A stretch of 64,000 nucleotides of DNA from an uncultured cyanobacterium (GCA_963718615.1 OY970368.1:4448001-4512000), one strand, 5' to 3'; counted from the stretch's first letter, positions 1 through 10,468 are shown. A program made the numbers and translations. The notes: generated from the letters alone by a model not told the origin.

Positions 1-1352
1 AGGCTTGGAAGGTGCCGGTGGGAGATGTGCTGAAGTACAACGAGGATGGCACGTTGGCTTCGGTGAATTTGGATATCAAGAATCCGAGGGGGCAGGCGGC
101 CATTGAGCATCGGCCCCCGGAAGATCTGGTGGCAAGTATTCAGGCAAAGGAGCGGCGGATTCTTGAACTTTCGGCGGAGATTTTGGCATCGCTGGGGGGC
201 TCGGGAGCGAAATCTCATGATGAGGCGAGTGATGCAACGACAATGGAAACGCCATCCCAATTGGTTCAAAATTTCGCTGCGCTCATGCCCGATTTGCCTA
301 TGGCTCGGCATCCGGCGGAGACGGGCTATAGCGATTTTTTAACGGATACGGTGGCGTTGTTGGAGGCGGCAAGGCGGGCGGCGGCGCGATCGGTGAATGC
401 GGTGATGACGGCGACCTATTGGGAGCTGGGGCGGCGGATTGTGGAGTGGGAGCAGGGGGGCAAGGAACGGGCGGAGTATGGGAGTGGCTTGCTGAAGCGG
501 CTCTCGCAGGATTTGACAGAAAAATTAGGGCGGGGGTTTTCGGAGCGAAATTTGGAGCAGATGCGGCGGTTTTATCTGGGTTGGCCGATTTCGCAGACGC
601 TGTCTGCGAAATTTGTAGATTTGGCTGGACGCTTTCCGCTGCCCTGGTCGCACTATGTTTGTCTGTTGGGGGTGGAGCAAGAGGAGGCGCGATCGTTTTA
701 TGAACGGGAGGCGTTGACCTACGGCTGGACGGTGCGGCAGCTAAAGCGGCAGATGGGGTCGCAGTTTTATGAACGGACGTTGTTGTCGAAGCATAAGGCG
801 GCGATGTTGCGGAAGGCGGGGGAGGTGTTGCCGGAGGATGGGATGACGGTGGCGGAGGTGGTGAAGGATCCCTATGTGTTGGAGTTTTTGGATCTGAAGG
901 ATGAGTATTCGGAGTCGGATTTGGAGGCGGCGTTGATTGCGCATCTGGAAACGTTTTTGTTGGAGTTGGGGGGGGATTTTGCGTTTGTGGGGCGGCAGCG
1001 GCGGTTGCGGATTGGGGATCAGTGGTTTCGGGTGGATTTGTTGTTTTTCCATCGGCGGTTGCGGTGTTTGGTGGTGATTGATTTGAAGTTGGGGGAGTTT
1101 AGTCATGCTGATTCGGGGCAGATGAATTTGTATTTGAATTATGCGCGGGAGCATTGGGTGAATGAGGGGGAGAATCCGCCGGTGGGGTTGATTCTTTGTA
1201 ATAAGAAGGATGCGGCGGTGGCGCATTATGCGTTGGCGGGGTTGGAGAATCAGGTATTGGCGGCGGAGTATCGGATGCTGTTGCCGGATGAGGCGGTGTT
1301 GGCGGCGGAGCTGGAGAAGACTAGGAAATTATTGGAGGAGCGTAAAGCTTAG
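1..1352 (+). CDS. 5'-truncated ORF: probable type I R-M methyltransferase (HsdM) C-terminus fused in frame to a YhcG/DUF1016 PD-(D/E)XK nuclease-family domain
   Basis: Frame is open from the window start. NLDIKNP..EHRPPEDLV..I is an HsdM-type C-terminal tail. From about 325 the DUF1016 signatures follow (YWELGRRIV..EQGG..RAEYG, LPWSHY, KDPYVLEFL, RVDLLFFHRRLRCLVVIDLK, GQMNLY). Lies directly upstream of hsdS. Confidence 0.8.
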   Translation, partial: AWKVPVGDVLKYNEDGTLASVNLDIKNPRGQAAIEHRPPEDLVASIQAKERRILELSAEILASLGGSGAKSHDEASDATTMETPSQLVQNFAALMPDLPMARHPAETGYSDFLTDTVALLEAARRAAARSVNAVMTATYWELGRRIVEWEQGGKERAEYGSGLLKRLSQDLTEKLGRGFSERNLEQMRRFYLGWPISQTLSAKFVDLAGRFPLPWSHYVCLLGVEQEEARSFYEREALTYGWTVRQLKRQMGSQFYERTLLSKHKAAMLRKAGEVLPEDGMTVAEVVKDPYVLEFLDLKDEYSESDLEAALIAHLETFLLELGGDFAFVGRQRRLRIGDQWFRVDLLFFHRRLRCLVVIDLKLGEFSHADSGQMNLYLNYAREHWVNEGENPPVGLILCNKKDAAVAHYALAGLENQVLAAEYRMLLPDEAVLAAELEKTRKLLEERKA

Positions 1353-1355
1353 ACT

Positions 1356-2525
1356 ATGGCTAACAGGTTTAATGAATGTTATTCTCCTTTAGACTGGCCT
1401 ATTACTCCTTTAGAAAGAGTGATCAGTCATCGTAAAGAATTTATTCAAATCGATGATCTTTCATCGTATAAGCGATGTAGAGTACAGGTCGATGCAAAAG
1501 GTATTCTTCTACGAGATATTGTCAGTGGCTTAGAGGTCAAAACCAAGAAGCAACAAGTCTGCAAGACAGGCGATTTCTTGGTAGCAGAGATTGATGCCAA
1601 GGTCGGAGGCTATGGAATTGTTCCGCAGGAATTAGAAGGAGCAATTGTCAGTAGCCACTATTTTCTGTATGAAATAGATGAGTCTGTACTGGATCGAGAC
1701 TTTCTTGATTTTTACATTCGTATTCCAACCTTTCGAGAGCAGGTTGCATCCCAAGGCTCAACTAACTATGCTGCAATTAGGCCGCATCATGTGCTGGAAT
1801 ACAAAATGCCTCTGCCGCCTTTGCAGGAGCAGCGGCGGATTGTGGGGCGGATTGAGGAGCTGGTGGCTAAGGTTGAGGAGGCGCGGGGGCTGAGGGCGAT
1901 CGCGCAGAAGAAATTAAAGAGTTTTGTCAGTGCGACGCACATTCATTTAGCTGCTGATAGAATTGTTGAACTTGGTCAAGTAATTGAACTAGATGAGAAA
2001 AGAGAAATTATTAAAGATTCACATGGCTACCCTCAAGTCGGTGTGAGAGGATTTGGTGGAGGCTTATTTGCAAAGGAATCAGTATTAGCTTCAGAAACAA
2101 AGTATAAACATTTCAATCAACTATATGAAGGAGCTATAGTTCTAAGCCAAGTGAAAGGATGGGAAGGTGCAATTGCATCCTGCCCACAAAATCTTGCAGA
2201 TCTGTATGTGTCTCCCGAGTACAGAACATTTAGATGTGTTCAAGGAGAATCTATTCCAGATTATATGGCTTCGCTTGTAACTACACCTTGGTTTTGGTCT
2301 CAGCTCAAAGACTTGACGAGAGGGATGGGGGGACGTAGGGAACGAACTCGGCCAGAACTCTTTCTTAAAATGCAGCTTCCAATGCCAACCATTGAACAAC
2401 AAGTTCAAGCGATTCAATCGTTCAAACGTCTAACTCCGCTCAAACAACTCCAAGCCCAAACCGAAACCGAGCTAAACGCCCTCATCCCCGCCATCCTCGA
2501 TAAAGCCTTCAAAGGCGAACTATGA
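1356..2525 (+). CDS. hsdS: Type I restriction-modification specificity subunit S
   Basis: Two TRDs separated by the conserved PLPPLQEQRRIV helix; C-terminal PMPTIEQQ...AILDKAFKGEL. Confidence 0.92.
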   Translation: MANRFNECYSPLDWPITPLERVISHRKEFIQIDDLSSYKRCRVQVDAKGILLRDIVSGLEVKTKKQQVCKTGDFLVAEIDAKVGGYGIVPQELEGAIVSSHYFLYEIDESVLDRDFLDFYIRIPTFREQVASQGSTNYAAIRPHHVLEYKMPLPPLQEQRRIVGRIEELVAKVEEARGLRAIAQKKLKSFVSATHIHLAADRIVELGQVIELDEKREIIKDSHGYPQVGVRGFGGGLFAKESVLASETKYKHFNQLYEGAIVLSQVKGWEGAIASCPQNLADLYVSPEYRTFRCVQGESIPDYMASLVTTPWFWSQLKDLTRGMGGRRERTRPELFLKMQLPMPTIEQQVQAIQSFKRLTPLKQLQAQTETELNALIPAILDKAFKGEL

Positions 2526-2734
2526 TGAAAATAATCCCTTACTTATGTAAGACAAACCCCGTAAGCTCTTCTCGCTCTGCACTCACCTTCATTGGAGGCT
2601 CAAGGCATTCAGTCGGCTGATTGGGGCGATCAACGTAAACCCTACGGTTTTTACGACCGATTATATAACTATTCCCGATCCCAGGCTGCCCTAACCTAAG
2701 ATCGGGATGAATTGAGTTTATGGACTAGCCAAGT

Positions 2735-5362
2735 TTACGAGTCAACGGCTGCTGTCGCCAGCTCTGCCGGTAAGCGCTTGAAGGCCAGCCGCTCGTTTTC
2801 CACATCGACAAAGATCGTGTCGCCTTCGTTGAACTTGCTTCGGAGGATGTCCTTGGCGATCGCCGTCTCCAACTCCCGCTGAATCGCCCGCTTCAAAGGC
2901 CGAGCCCCATACACCGGGTCAAACCCAACTTCCGCCAGAAAATCTAAGGCTGCATCCGAAAGTTTGAGCGACAACTTTCGATCGTCCAAGCGCTTCGCCA
3001 ACCGCTGTACCTGAATCTTGACGATGCTGCGCAGTTCATCCCGCTTGAGGCCATGGAAGATGATGATCTCATCAATCCGGTTGAGGAACTCAGGGCGAAA
3101 ATGGCCGCGCATAGCGTCCATGACTCGGCTGCGCATCTCTTCGTACTGGTCTTCGCCGGTCACATCTAAGATGTATTGCGAACCAATGTTGCTCGTCATA
3201 ATGATGATCGCATTGGTGAAATCCACCGTATGGCCTTGGGAATCGGTGACGCGACCATCGTCGAGGATTTGCAACATGACATTGAAGACATCCGGATGGG
3301 CCTTTTCGATTTCGTCGAAGAGGATGACGCTGTAGGGTCGACGACGGACTAGTTCCGTGAGCTGACCGCCTTCGTCATAGCCAACGTAGCCCGGAGGTGC
3401 GCCGATGAGCCTTGCGACCGAATGTTTTTCCATGTACTCAGACATATCGATCCGAACCATGGCCTCTTCGGTGTCGAACATATAGGCGGCAAGGGCTTTG
3501 GCTAGCTCGGTTTTACCGACACCCGTTGGCCCCATGAAGATGAAGCTAGCGATCGGTCGGTTCGGGTCCGATAGACCTGCACGGGAGCGCTGGATCGCAT
3601 CGGCAACGGCGGTAACCGCATCGGATTGGCCAATCACTCGCTGATGCAACACATCTTCCAGTTGTAGGAGCTTTTGCATTTCCGACTCCACCAGTTTGCT
3701 GATGGGAATGCCAGTCCATTTGGAAATGATTTCGGCGATGTCGGCTTCCGTCACCTCTTCCCGTAACAGCGTATTGCCGCTAGTTTGGGCATTGCTGAGC
3801 TGGGCTTCGGTGGCCATGAGCTGTTTTTGTAAGGCCGCAAGGTTGCCGTATTTGAGTTCAGCGGCGCGGTTGAGATCGTAATCGCGTTCAGCCTGTTGAA
3901 TTTCAACATTCAAGCGATCGATTTCTTCCTTAATACCCTGAAGCTTTTCAATAATGTTCTTCTCAGACTGCCACTGGGCATTGAGAGTGCTTTGCTGTTC
4001 TTTCAAATCAGCAATCTCTTTTTCTAGCCGCTCTAAGCGCTCCAAGGAAGCCGGATCGCTTTCCTTTTGTAGGGACAACCGCTCCATTTCCAGCTGGAGG
4101 ATCTTGCGATCGACCTCATCCAGTTCCTCCGGCTTGGAGGTAATTTCCATTTTGAGCCGTGCCGCCGCTTCGTCCACCAGGTCAATGGCCTTGTCCGGGA
4201 GGAAGCGATCGCTAATATACCGAGTCGAAAGCGTTGCTGCCGCAACCAAGGCATTGTCCGAAATCTTTACCCCATGGTGAACTTCATAGCGTTCTTTCAA
4301 CCCACGCAAAATCGAAATCGTATCGGCTTCGCTGGGCTGATCTACATAAACCTGCTGGAATCGCCGCTCTAGGGCCGCGTCCTTCTCGATATATTTGCGA
4401 TACTCGTCCAGCGTCGTCGCACCGATACAGCGCAGTTCGCCCCGCGCCAGCATCGGCTTCAGCAGGTTGCCCGCATCCATCGCGCCCTGGCTAGCTCCAG
4501 CACCCACGACGGTGTGAATTTCGTCGATGAACAGAATAATTTGACCATCGGACTCGGTGACTTCCTTCAGGACCGCCTTGAGCCGCTCCTCAAACTCGCC
4601 CCGGAACTTGGCCCCAGCAATCAGCGAACCCATATCCAGGGAAATTAACTGACGGTCCTTGAGGGATTGGGGCACATCGCCGCTGACGATGCGTTGGGCT
4701 AGCCCTTCGGCGATCGCCGTCTTCCCTACACCGGGTTCCCCAATTAACACCGGGTTATTCTTCGTCCGCCGCGACAAAATCTGAATCGTTCGGCGAATTT
4801 CCTCATCCCGGCCAATCACCGGATCCAGCTTGCCCGCCTTCGCCGCTTCTGTCAGGTCCCGGCCATATTTTTCGAGGGATTCATACTTGCCCTCTGGATT
4901 TTGACTGTCCACCTTTTGATTCCCCCTGATCTGCTGAATCGTTTCCCGGAGCTTGTCTTCAGTGATGCCAAACTCCCGCAAGAGTCCTTTGCCGAAGCGA
5001 TCGTCCTGGCCATACCCCAAAAGCAGGTGCTCCACCGAAATATAGTCGTCGCCAAATTCCTGGCGATAATTTTCGGCGCGATCGAGCAATGTGTCGAGCG
5101 ATCGTCCCAAATAAATCGAGTCCCCAGCACCGGAAATTTTTGGATGCTTAGCAATCTGCTGCTCGGTGTAGCTCTGCAACCGCTGTAGATTCGCCCCCAG
5201 TTTGGTGAAGATGCTGGTCGTGAGTCCCTGTTCATTGAGCAGGGCTTTGAACAGATGATCGCTTTCAATATGTTGGTGTTGAGCTTGTTTAGCGATGTCG
5301 GGGGTGTTGGCGATCGCGGTCCAAGCCTTCTCAGTATATTGGTTGGGGTTTGTGGGTTGCAT
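2735..5362 (-). CDS. clpB: ATP-dependent chaperone ClpB
   Basis: Two AAA+ modules ([16 protein letters not shown]) and an M-domain coiled coil; start placed at MQPTNPNQ. Confidence 0.98.
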   Translation of the reverse strand: MQPTNPNQYTEKAWTAIANTPDIAKQAQHQHIESDHLFKALLNEQGLTTSIFTKLGANLQRLQSYTEQQIAKHPKISGAGDSIYLGRSLDTLLDRAENYRQEFGDDYISVEHLLLGYGQDDRFGKGLLREFGITEDKLRETIQQIRGNQKVDSQNPEGKYESLEKYGRDLTEAAKAGKLDPVIGRDEEIRRTIQILSRRTKNNPVLIGEPGVGKTAIAEGLAQRIVSGDVPQSLKDRQLISLDMGSLIAGAKFRGEFEERLKAVLKEVTESDGQIILFIDEIHTVVGAGASQGAMDAGNLLKPMLARGELRCIGATTLDEYRKYIEKDAALERRFQQVYVDQPSEADTISILRGLKERYEVHHGVKISDNALVAAATLSTRYISDRFLPDKAIDLVDEAAARLKMEITSKPEELDEVDRKILQLEMERLSLQKESDPASLERLERLEKEIADLKEQQSTLNAQWQSEKNIIEKLQGIKEEIDRLNVEIQQAERDYDLNRAAELKYGNLAALQKQLMATEAQLSNAQTSGNTLLREEVTEADIAEIISKWTGIPISKLVESEMQKLLQLEDVLHQRVIGQSDAVTAVADAIQRSRAGLSDPNRPIASFIFMGPTGVGKTELAKALAAYMFDTEEAMVRIDMSEYMEKHSVARLIGAPPGYVGYDEGGQLTELVRRRPYSVILFDEIEKAHPDVFNVMLQILDDGRVTDSQGHTVDFTNAIIIMTSNIGSQYILDVTGEDQYEEMRSRVMDAMRGHFRPEFLNRIDEIIIFHGLKRDELRSIVKIQVQRLAKRLDDRKLSLKLSDAALDFLAEVGFDPVYGARPLKRAIQRELETAIAKDILRSKFNEGDTIFVDVENERLAFKRLPAELATAAVDS

Positions 5363-5586
5363 AGCTCTTCTCACCAGGGACGCCTCTTGATGACCCTATT
5401 GTAAGAAGACTGAGGGCTGGTCAGGGTCGGTCTTCACGCCCTAGGAAGGTGAAATTCGCGCCTTCAAATTCCCGTTGGCAAACCCATGAAACAATCCGTG
5501 CGCTAAGGCCAGGAATACGGCACAATAGGGACACCAAAAGATCCTTAAGATCCTTTATAAAGCTTAACATCTGGAGATTTTATTTT

Positions 5587-5826
5587 ATGGATGAGCGTCA
5601 AAAGCGTATGCTTGCCCACGTTGCCAAAACCATGCCCAAGCAGCCGGAGGTCATGGTGCCCGATACGAGTATGGGCTACTACGGAGCGTTCCCGGTGAAG
5701 TTCCCCGATGCCAAGCGAAGTGCCAAGATGCTTGAGCATGTCTCTCGTAGCCTTGGCAACTTTGCCAAAACTGCGCCGACCTTTGATCAAATTGTGGCGC
5801 ATTTGTCACAAACCGACGGCAAATAA
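5587..5826 (+). CDS. Small hypothetical protein with three H-x-x-x-S/T helical repeats
   Basis: ATG at 5587 preceded by GGAG; repeats MLAHVAKT / MLEHVSRS / IVAHLSQT. Confidence 0.65.
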   Translation: MDERQKRMLAHVAKTMPKQPEVMVPDTSMGYYGAFPVKFPDAKRSAKMLEHVSRSLGNFAKTAPTFDQIVAHLSQTDGK

Positions 5827-5848
5827 GCCTTGATTTGTTTCAGTTCAA

Positions 5849-5889
5849 TAGGGGGACGAACGGCTGGACGAACGGCGGTTCGTCCCTAC
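5849..5889. repeat. REP-like palindrome GGACGAAC-GGCG-GTTCGTCC-CTA with duplicated left arm
   Basis: Hairpin at 5866-5885; an identical 23-mer recurs at 59772-59794. Confidence 0.7.
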
Positions 5890-6383
5890 AGGCCAATGAC
5901 GTATTTGCGCCATTCTTCGTGTTTTCCGGTTTTCAAATGGCGGGCCACTTCAAAATGTAGGCTGCTATAGGGACGGCGAGGGGTCGTTCGCAGCAACATA
6001 TTGGCTTCCTTAGGGGTGCGATTGCCCTTTTTGACATTGCATCGCACGCAGGCGGTCACCATGTTGTCCCATTTGTCCGTACCGCCTCGGGAACGGGGCA
6101 GCACATGGTCTAGCGTGAGTTCATCGCCCGTGTAGCCACAGTATTGACAAGCATGACCATCCCGATGCAGGATATTACGCCGGGTCAGCGGAATCTCTTT
6201 GTAGGGAATCTGGACAAAACTCCGCAGACGGATCACCGTGGGCAGCGGTATGCCCGCTCGCAAAACACGACCGTTATGTTCGACCTGCTCAGCCTTCTCT
6301 TTGAGCATCAGCACCACCGCGCGCTTCCAATTGGTGATGTTGAGCGGCTCGTAGGAGGCATTTAGCACCAAAACCTTGCTCAT
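5886..6383 (-). CDS. HNH endonuclease (McrA-like, conserved cyanobacterial family)
   Basis: VLVLNASYEPL N-terminus; CQYCG...TLDHVLPRSRGG...WDNMVTACVRCNVKKG. Confidence 0.93.
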   Translation of the reverse strand: MSKVLVLNASYEPLNITNWKRAVVLMLKEKAEQVEHNGRVLRAGIPLPTVIRLRSFVQIPYKEIPLTRRNILHRDGHACQYCGYTGDELTLDHVLPRSRGGTDKWDNMVTACVRCNVKKGNRTPKEANMLLRTTPRRPYSSLHFEVARHLKTGKHEEWRKYVIGL

Positions 6384-6606
6384 AGGTTATGTGGAGGCCT
6401 GACGACGGAAGGGCCTGAGGTTTCACCGATAGTAACATAGGCGCTCCTGAACTCGCCTGACAGCGATGGGTCGTGGGGGGGGTCTCGGGTGCACGATTGC
6501 CGTTTTCTAGGGTTCGCGTCTAAACTGCTTGCAATTCCATGGGGATTTCCCGGTCGGGTGAGCCTGTGGTACTGGTGTGGTGGTACTGGTGTGAAGGAGT
6601 AAACGG

Positions 6607-7836
6607 ATGAATAGCGAGCTGCTTAGTGGGCTACCGCTTCAGCGTGCATGGGTCGAAATTGACCGAGGGGCGATCGCCCACAATGTCCGTCAAATTCGTC
6701 GGTTGCTCAAGCCCAGCACGGATCTGATGGCAGTGGTGAAAGCTGATGCCTATGGCCATGGGGCAGTGACCGTGGCCCAGGCCGCCGTCGAAGCGGGAGC
6801 CACTTGGCTAGGGGTTGCGACGGTGACGGAAGGGATTGAACTCCGTCGGGCCGGAATGACGGCTCCGATTTTATTGATGGGGGCGACCCATAGCGGCGAT
6901 GAAGCGCGGGCGATCGCCCATTGGCAAATCCAACCCACCCTCAGCTCCGCCAAGCAAGCCGCAGTCTTTTCCGAAGCCTTGGGGCGCTGCGCCTCTCCCC
7001 TGCCGGTCCATCTCAAGCTGGATACGGGGATGTCTCGCCTCGGGGTGCCTTGGGAACAGGCGGTGTCGTTTGTAGATTGGGTCCAGGGCTTGCCGAATTT
7101 GGCAATTGCCAGTGTCTATTCCCATTTGGCCACGGCGGATGAGCGGGATCCAACCGTCATGCGGTTGCAGCAGCGGCGGTATGAGGAGGCGATCGCAGCC
7201 CTCCGCAGTGCAGGTTTCAATCCCCCCCGGCTGCACCTGGCCAACTCAGCCGCCACCCTAGCGGACCCTGCACTCCAATACGATATGGTTCGGGTCGGAT
7301 TGGGTCTCTACGGCCTCTATCCCGCTCCCCATCTAGCCCAGCGGGCCGATCTGCAGCCCGTCCTCGGCATTCAAGCCCGGATTACCCAGGTTCGCCAAGT
7401 TGCCGCTGGCACCGGCATCAGCTATGGTCATCGGTTTATTGCGCCCCAGGCCATGAAGGTTGCCGTGGCCGGGATTGGCTATGCCGACGGGGTCCCCCGC
7501 TGTTTGTCCAATCGCCTAGAAGTCCTGATTCGCGGTCAACGGGTCCGGCAGTTGGGCAATATCACCATGGACCAGATCATGCTAGATGTGTCGGAGATTG
7601 GGGAGATTCAACCGGGCGATCGCCTCACCCTGTTGGGCCAATCCGGCGACGACCGCATTAGTGCCGACGATTGGGCGGCGCTGGCGGGAACGATTTCCTG
7701 GGAAATTCTTTGTGGTTTTAAGCATCGCTTACCCCGCGTCATTCTCTCAAGAGCAGAAACCATTGCCGAAAGCCCCAGGGCGGAGGTCTTGGTCAATCCT
7801 CGCCCCCGTCTGTCCAGCGGATCACAGGGTATCTAA
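6607..7836 (+). CDS. alr: Alanine racemase
   Basis: AVVKADAYGHG (PLP lysine), HLKLDTGMSRLG, HLANSAA, GYADG, MDQ. Confidence 0.97.
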   Translation: MNSELLSGLPLQRAWVEIDRGAIAHNVRQIRRLLKPSTDLMAVVKADAYGHGAVTVAQAAVEAGATWLGVATVTEGIELRRAGMTAPILLMGATHSGDEARAIAHWQIQPTLSSAKQAAVFSEALGRCASPLPVHLKLDTGMSRLGVPWEQAVSFVDWVQGLPNLAIASVYSHLATADERDPTVMRLQQRRYEEAIAALRSAGFNPPRLHLANSAATLADPALQYDMVRVGLGLYGLYPAPHLAQRADLQPVLGIQARITQVRQVAAGTGISYGHRFIAPQAMKVAVAGIGYADGVPRCLSNRLEVLIRGQRVRQLGNITMDQIMLDVSEIGEIQPGDRLTLLGQSGDDRISADDWAALAGTISWEILCGFKHRLPRVILSRAETIAESPRAEVLVNPRPRLSSGSQGI

Positions 7837-7913
7837 AAAAATCGGTGACAGTCGCCCAGCTTGTCTGTTAGAATGTGCTAGCTCAATGTACAGCGTGCAT
7901 CCTGAGCCATTCT

Positions 7914-8002
7914 GGAGAGGTGGCTGAGCGGTTGAAAGCGGCTCCCTGCTAAGGAGTTATGGGGTGTAAACTTCATCGGGGGTTCGAATCCCCCCCTCTC
8001 CG
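7914..8002 (+). tRNA. trnS: tRNA-Ser(GCT)
   Basis: Acceptor stem GGAGAGG/CCTCTCC, anticodon arm GCTCC-CT-GCT-AA-GGAGT, long variable arm, GGTTCGAATCC T-arm; CCA not encoded. Confidence 0.97.
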
Positions 8003-8020
8003 TATCATTCCTTTTTTGAG

Positions 8021-9316
8021 TCAGTTGAGTTCGGTCTTGATCACTGTTGCGATCGCGCCAGTAATCTGGCTCAGCGCCTCAGCCTCAATGATGTAAGGGG
8101 GCATTGTATAAATCAGTCGTCCAAAGGGCCGTAACCATACCCCCTGCTCCACAAAAGCCGGTTGAATTCTAGCCATATCGACGGGTTGATGGAGCTCAAC
8201 GACGCCAATCGCCCCTAAAACTCGGACTGATTTAACCGCTGAGAATTGTCGACAACCGTCTAGTTCGGCTTGGAGCTGTTGGGCGATCGCCTGCACATTC
8301 TTAGCCCAATCATAACTTTCTAAGAGTGCAAGATTTTCTAAGGAAACGGCACAGGCTAAGGGGTTAGCCATAAACGTGGGTCCGTGCATAAAGACACCTG
8401 CTTCGCCGGTTGCAAAGACTTGGCTAATTTCGCGAGTTGTCAAGGTTGCAGCCAAGGACATAAAACCTCCAGAGAGGGCTTTGCCGAGGCAAAGGATATC
8501 AGGAGATATCTGGGCATACTCACAGGCAAACAGCTTGCCGGTTCGACCAAACCCGGTTGCAATTTCATCCAAAATCAGGAGAACATCATAGTCTTGACAA
8601 AGGGCATGGGCTCGACGAACATACTCAGGATGATAAAAGCGCATGCCTCCGGCCCCTTGGACAATGGGTTCAAAGATTGCCGCCGCAATTTCGTGGTGAT
8701 GGGCCTTAAGAAGGGCTTCAAAGCTTTCTAAGTCTTGTTCATTCCAGGGCTCTTGAAACCCAATTTGAGGTGCATCGGCGAAGAACTGTTGCTGAAGCAC
8801 AGACTTGAATAAATGATGCATCCCCGTCACGGGATCGCAAACCGACATTGCGGCGAAGGTATCGCCATGATAGCCATTTCGCAGCGTTAGAAATCGATGC
8901 TTTTGGGGTTGATGACGATTGTGCCAATACTGAATGGCCATTTTCATGGCAACTTCCACCGCAACGGATCCAGAATCACAAAAGAACACATGCTGAAGGG
9001 GCTCTGGCGTCAGCTCGATTAACCGTTGGGCAAGCTGAACGGCGGGTTGATGGGTTAGACCACCAAACATCATGTGCGACATGCGATCGATCTGTTCGCG
9101 AGCTGCTTGATTGAGTCGCGGATGGTTGTAGCCATGAATACAGGCCCACCAGGAAGACATGCCATCGATTAAGGTGCGACCCTCTTCGAGCTGAATCTCG
9201 CAGCCCTGGGCTGAACGAACCGCCACGGCGGGGAGCAAACTGGGCATGGCCGCGTAAGGATGCCAAACCTGTTGGCGATCGATCGCAAGCAGTTCTGGCA
9301 GGGAAAGAAATTTCAT
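8021..9316 (-). CDS. bioA: Adenosylmethionine-8-amino-7-oxononanoate aminotransferase
   Basis: VWHPY, DGMSSWW..IHGY, DSGSVAVEVAMKMA, YHGDT, DEIATGFGRTG, GKAL, HGPTFMANPLAC, WLRPFG. Confidence 0.95.
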   Translation of the reverse strand: MKFLSLPELLAIDRQQVWHPYAAMPSLLPAVAVRSAQGCEIQLEEGRTLIDGMSSWWACIHGYNHPRLNQAAREQIDRMSHMMFGGLTHQPAVQLAQRLIELTPEPLQHVFFCDSGSVAVEVAMKMAIQYWHNRHQPQKHRFLTLRNGYHGDTFAAMSVCDPVTGMHHLFKSVLQQQFFADAPQIGFQEPWNEQDLESFEALLKAHHHEIAAAIFEPIVQGAGGMRFYHPEYVRRAHALCQDYDVLLILDEIATGFGRTGKLFACEYAQISPDILCLGKALSGGFMSLAATLTTREISQVFATGEAGVFMHGPTFMANPLACAVSLENLALLESYDWAKNVQAIAQQLQAELDGCRQFSAVKSVRVLGAIGVVELHQPVDMARIQPAFVEQGVWLRPFGRLIYTMPPYIIEAEALSQITGAIATVIKTELN

Positions 9317-9682
9317 GGTCTAAGGGAAAGCTCTACAGGCTTTTACGGGACTGCTTTCAGGATTATGTCTGTATTTTGCCGGAGCCTATCTTCTCAAGGG
9401 CAATGACCTCGACCGTAATCTCCGGTCCTGGATGAATGTCAACTAAACAACAGCATGAAATCAAGCTTAATCGTCGTAAAAACTGAGCCCCTTGGACGAA
9501 TAGATCTGCTTTAAAGAACGCGTATCTAAATGGCAATACACTAGAAAAATTACAGACGAACTCGCCCTATTGGGTCGGTTTTAACGGGTGTTAGGTGTAT
9601 CTGCTAAAATTTAGCTCTTAGTTTGTGTTTGTCTACCTGTATGAATCACCAATTTCATCTTTTTAACATTCAAGATCATTAA

Positions 9683-10075
9683 ATTAAGTTAAAGCTGACT
9701 GAAAGCCTGTTTACGGAAAGTAAAGCAGAAATCCTCGCGTTATCCCATAAACTCAAAGAACGCAATATTTTGCTCAGTCTGGATGACTTTGGGACAGGTT
9801 ACTCATCCTTAAGCTATCTGCGACTGCTACCGATTGATACGCTCAAAATCGATCACTCTTTTATCAACGGCATGCTGGACGATAACAGCAGTTTTGAAAT
9901 TGTGCGAACGATTATGGCCCTTGCCCAAGCCCTCAGAATCGGCGTGATTGCAGAAGGCATTGAAACCGCCGAGCCTCTACACAGCCTGCAAGCACTGCAA
10001 TGCAACATGGGCCAGGGCTATTATTTCTGCGCTCGTCCGTTGACCGTCGATCAAGTTGAGGAAAACTGGCTACCG
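9683..10075 (+). pseudogene. C-terminal fragment of an EAL (c-di-GMP phosphodiesterase) domain
   Basis: In-frame KLKLTES...SLDDFGTGYSSLSYL..LPIDTLKIDHSF..IAEGIET..QGYYF, with a TAA at 9680 immediately upstream. The N-terminal half including the EAL motif is absent. Confidence 0.8.
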
Positions 10076-10126
10076 CGATCGCCCCAATCCCCCCCCCTCT
10101 GGGTTGTGGCGTTTCCTCCAGTCCAT

Positions 10127-10154
10127 AAAAAAGCCTTGACGGGATGCCAAGGCT
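10127..10154 (-). terminator. Intrinsic terminator of psaK
   Basis: AGCCTTG/CAAGGCT stem followed by a T-run on the minus strand. Confidence 0.65.
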
Positions 10155-10210
10155 CAGATGGAAGGGGATGGAAAACAGAGGTTCGCAAGTATACGAACCG
10201 CAGCGAATTC

Positions 10211-10468
10211 CTAGAGCGCGCCGATATAGCTGAGGCCGAGAATGCTGCCTGCGCCGAGAATATGGCCCAAGCTGGTGGCTCCCAAAATAGCCCCAATGCT
10301 AAATCCCCCGAACATATTGGGAGAAGGCGGCATGGGGCCAGCATCTTGAACTTGAATGGTTTGCTTCGCAATCGCGATCGCCAAAACGTTGCAGACAATC
10401 ATCACGATGGCGGTTTTGGGGCTCCAGGAGACCGTATCGACCGCAGCGGCCAGTAAAGTGGGCATCAT
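10211..10468 (-). CDS. psaK: Photosystem I subunit PsaK
   Basis: WSPKTAIVMIVCNVLAIAI...LGATSLGHILGAGSILGL. Confidence 0.95.
   Translation of the reverse strand: MMPTLLAAAVDTVSWSPKTAIVMIVCNVLAIAIAKQTIQVQDAGPMPPSPNMFGGFSIGAILGATSLGHILGAGSILGLSYIGAL

Noticed and set aside
5363-5586. CIRCE element upstream of clpB (and upstream of hrcA)
   Set aside because: No TTAGCACTC-N9-GAGTGCTAA match seen.
5886-6383. HNH nuclease as part of the defence locus or a homing element
   Set aside because: It belongs to a conserved stand-alone cyanobacterial family, has host-like composition, and is separated from hsdS by clpB.
9317-9682. Possible IS or gene relic between bioA and the EAL fragment
   Set aside because: AT-rich, but no ORF or inverted repeat could be supported.
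10076-10456. Extension of the 228-aa EAL ORF
   Set aside because: Beyond about 10075 it is read-through antisense to psaK and its terminator, with no domain signal.
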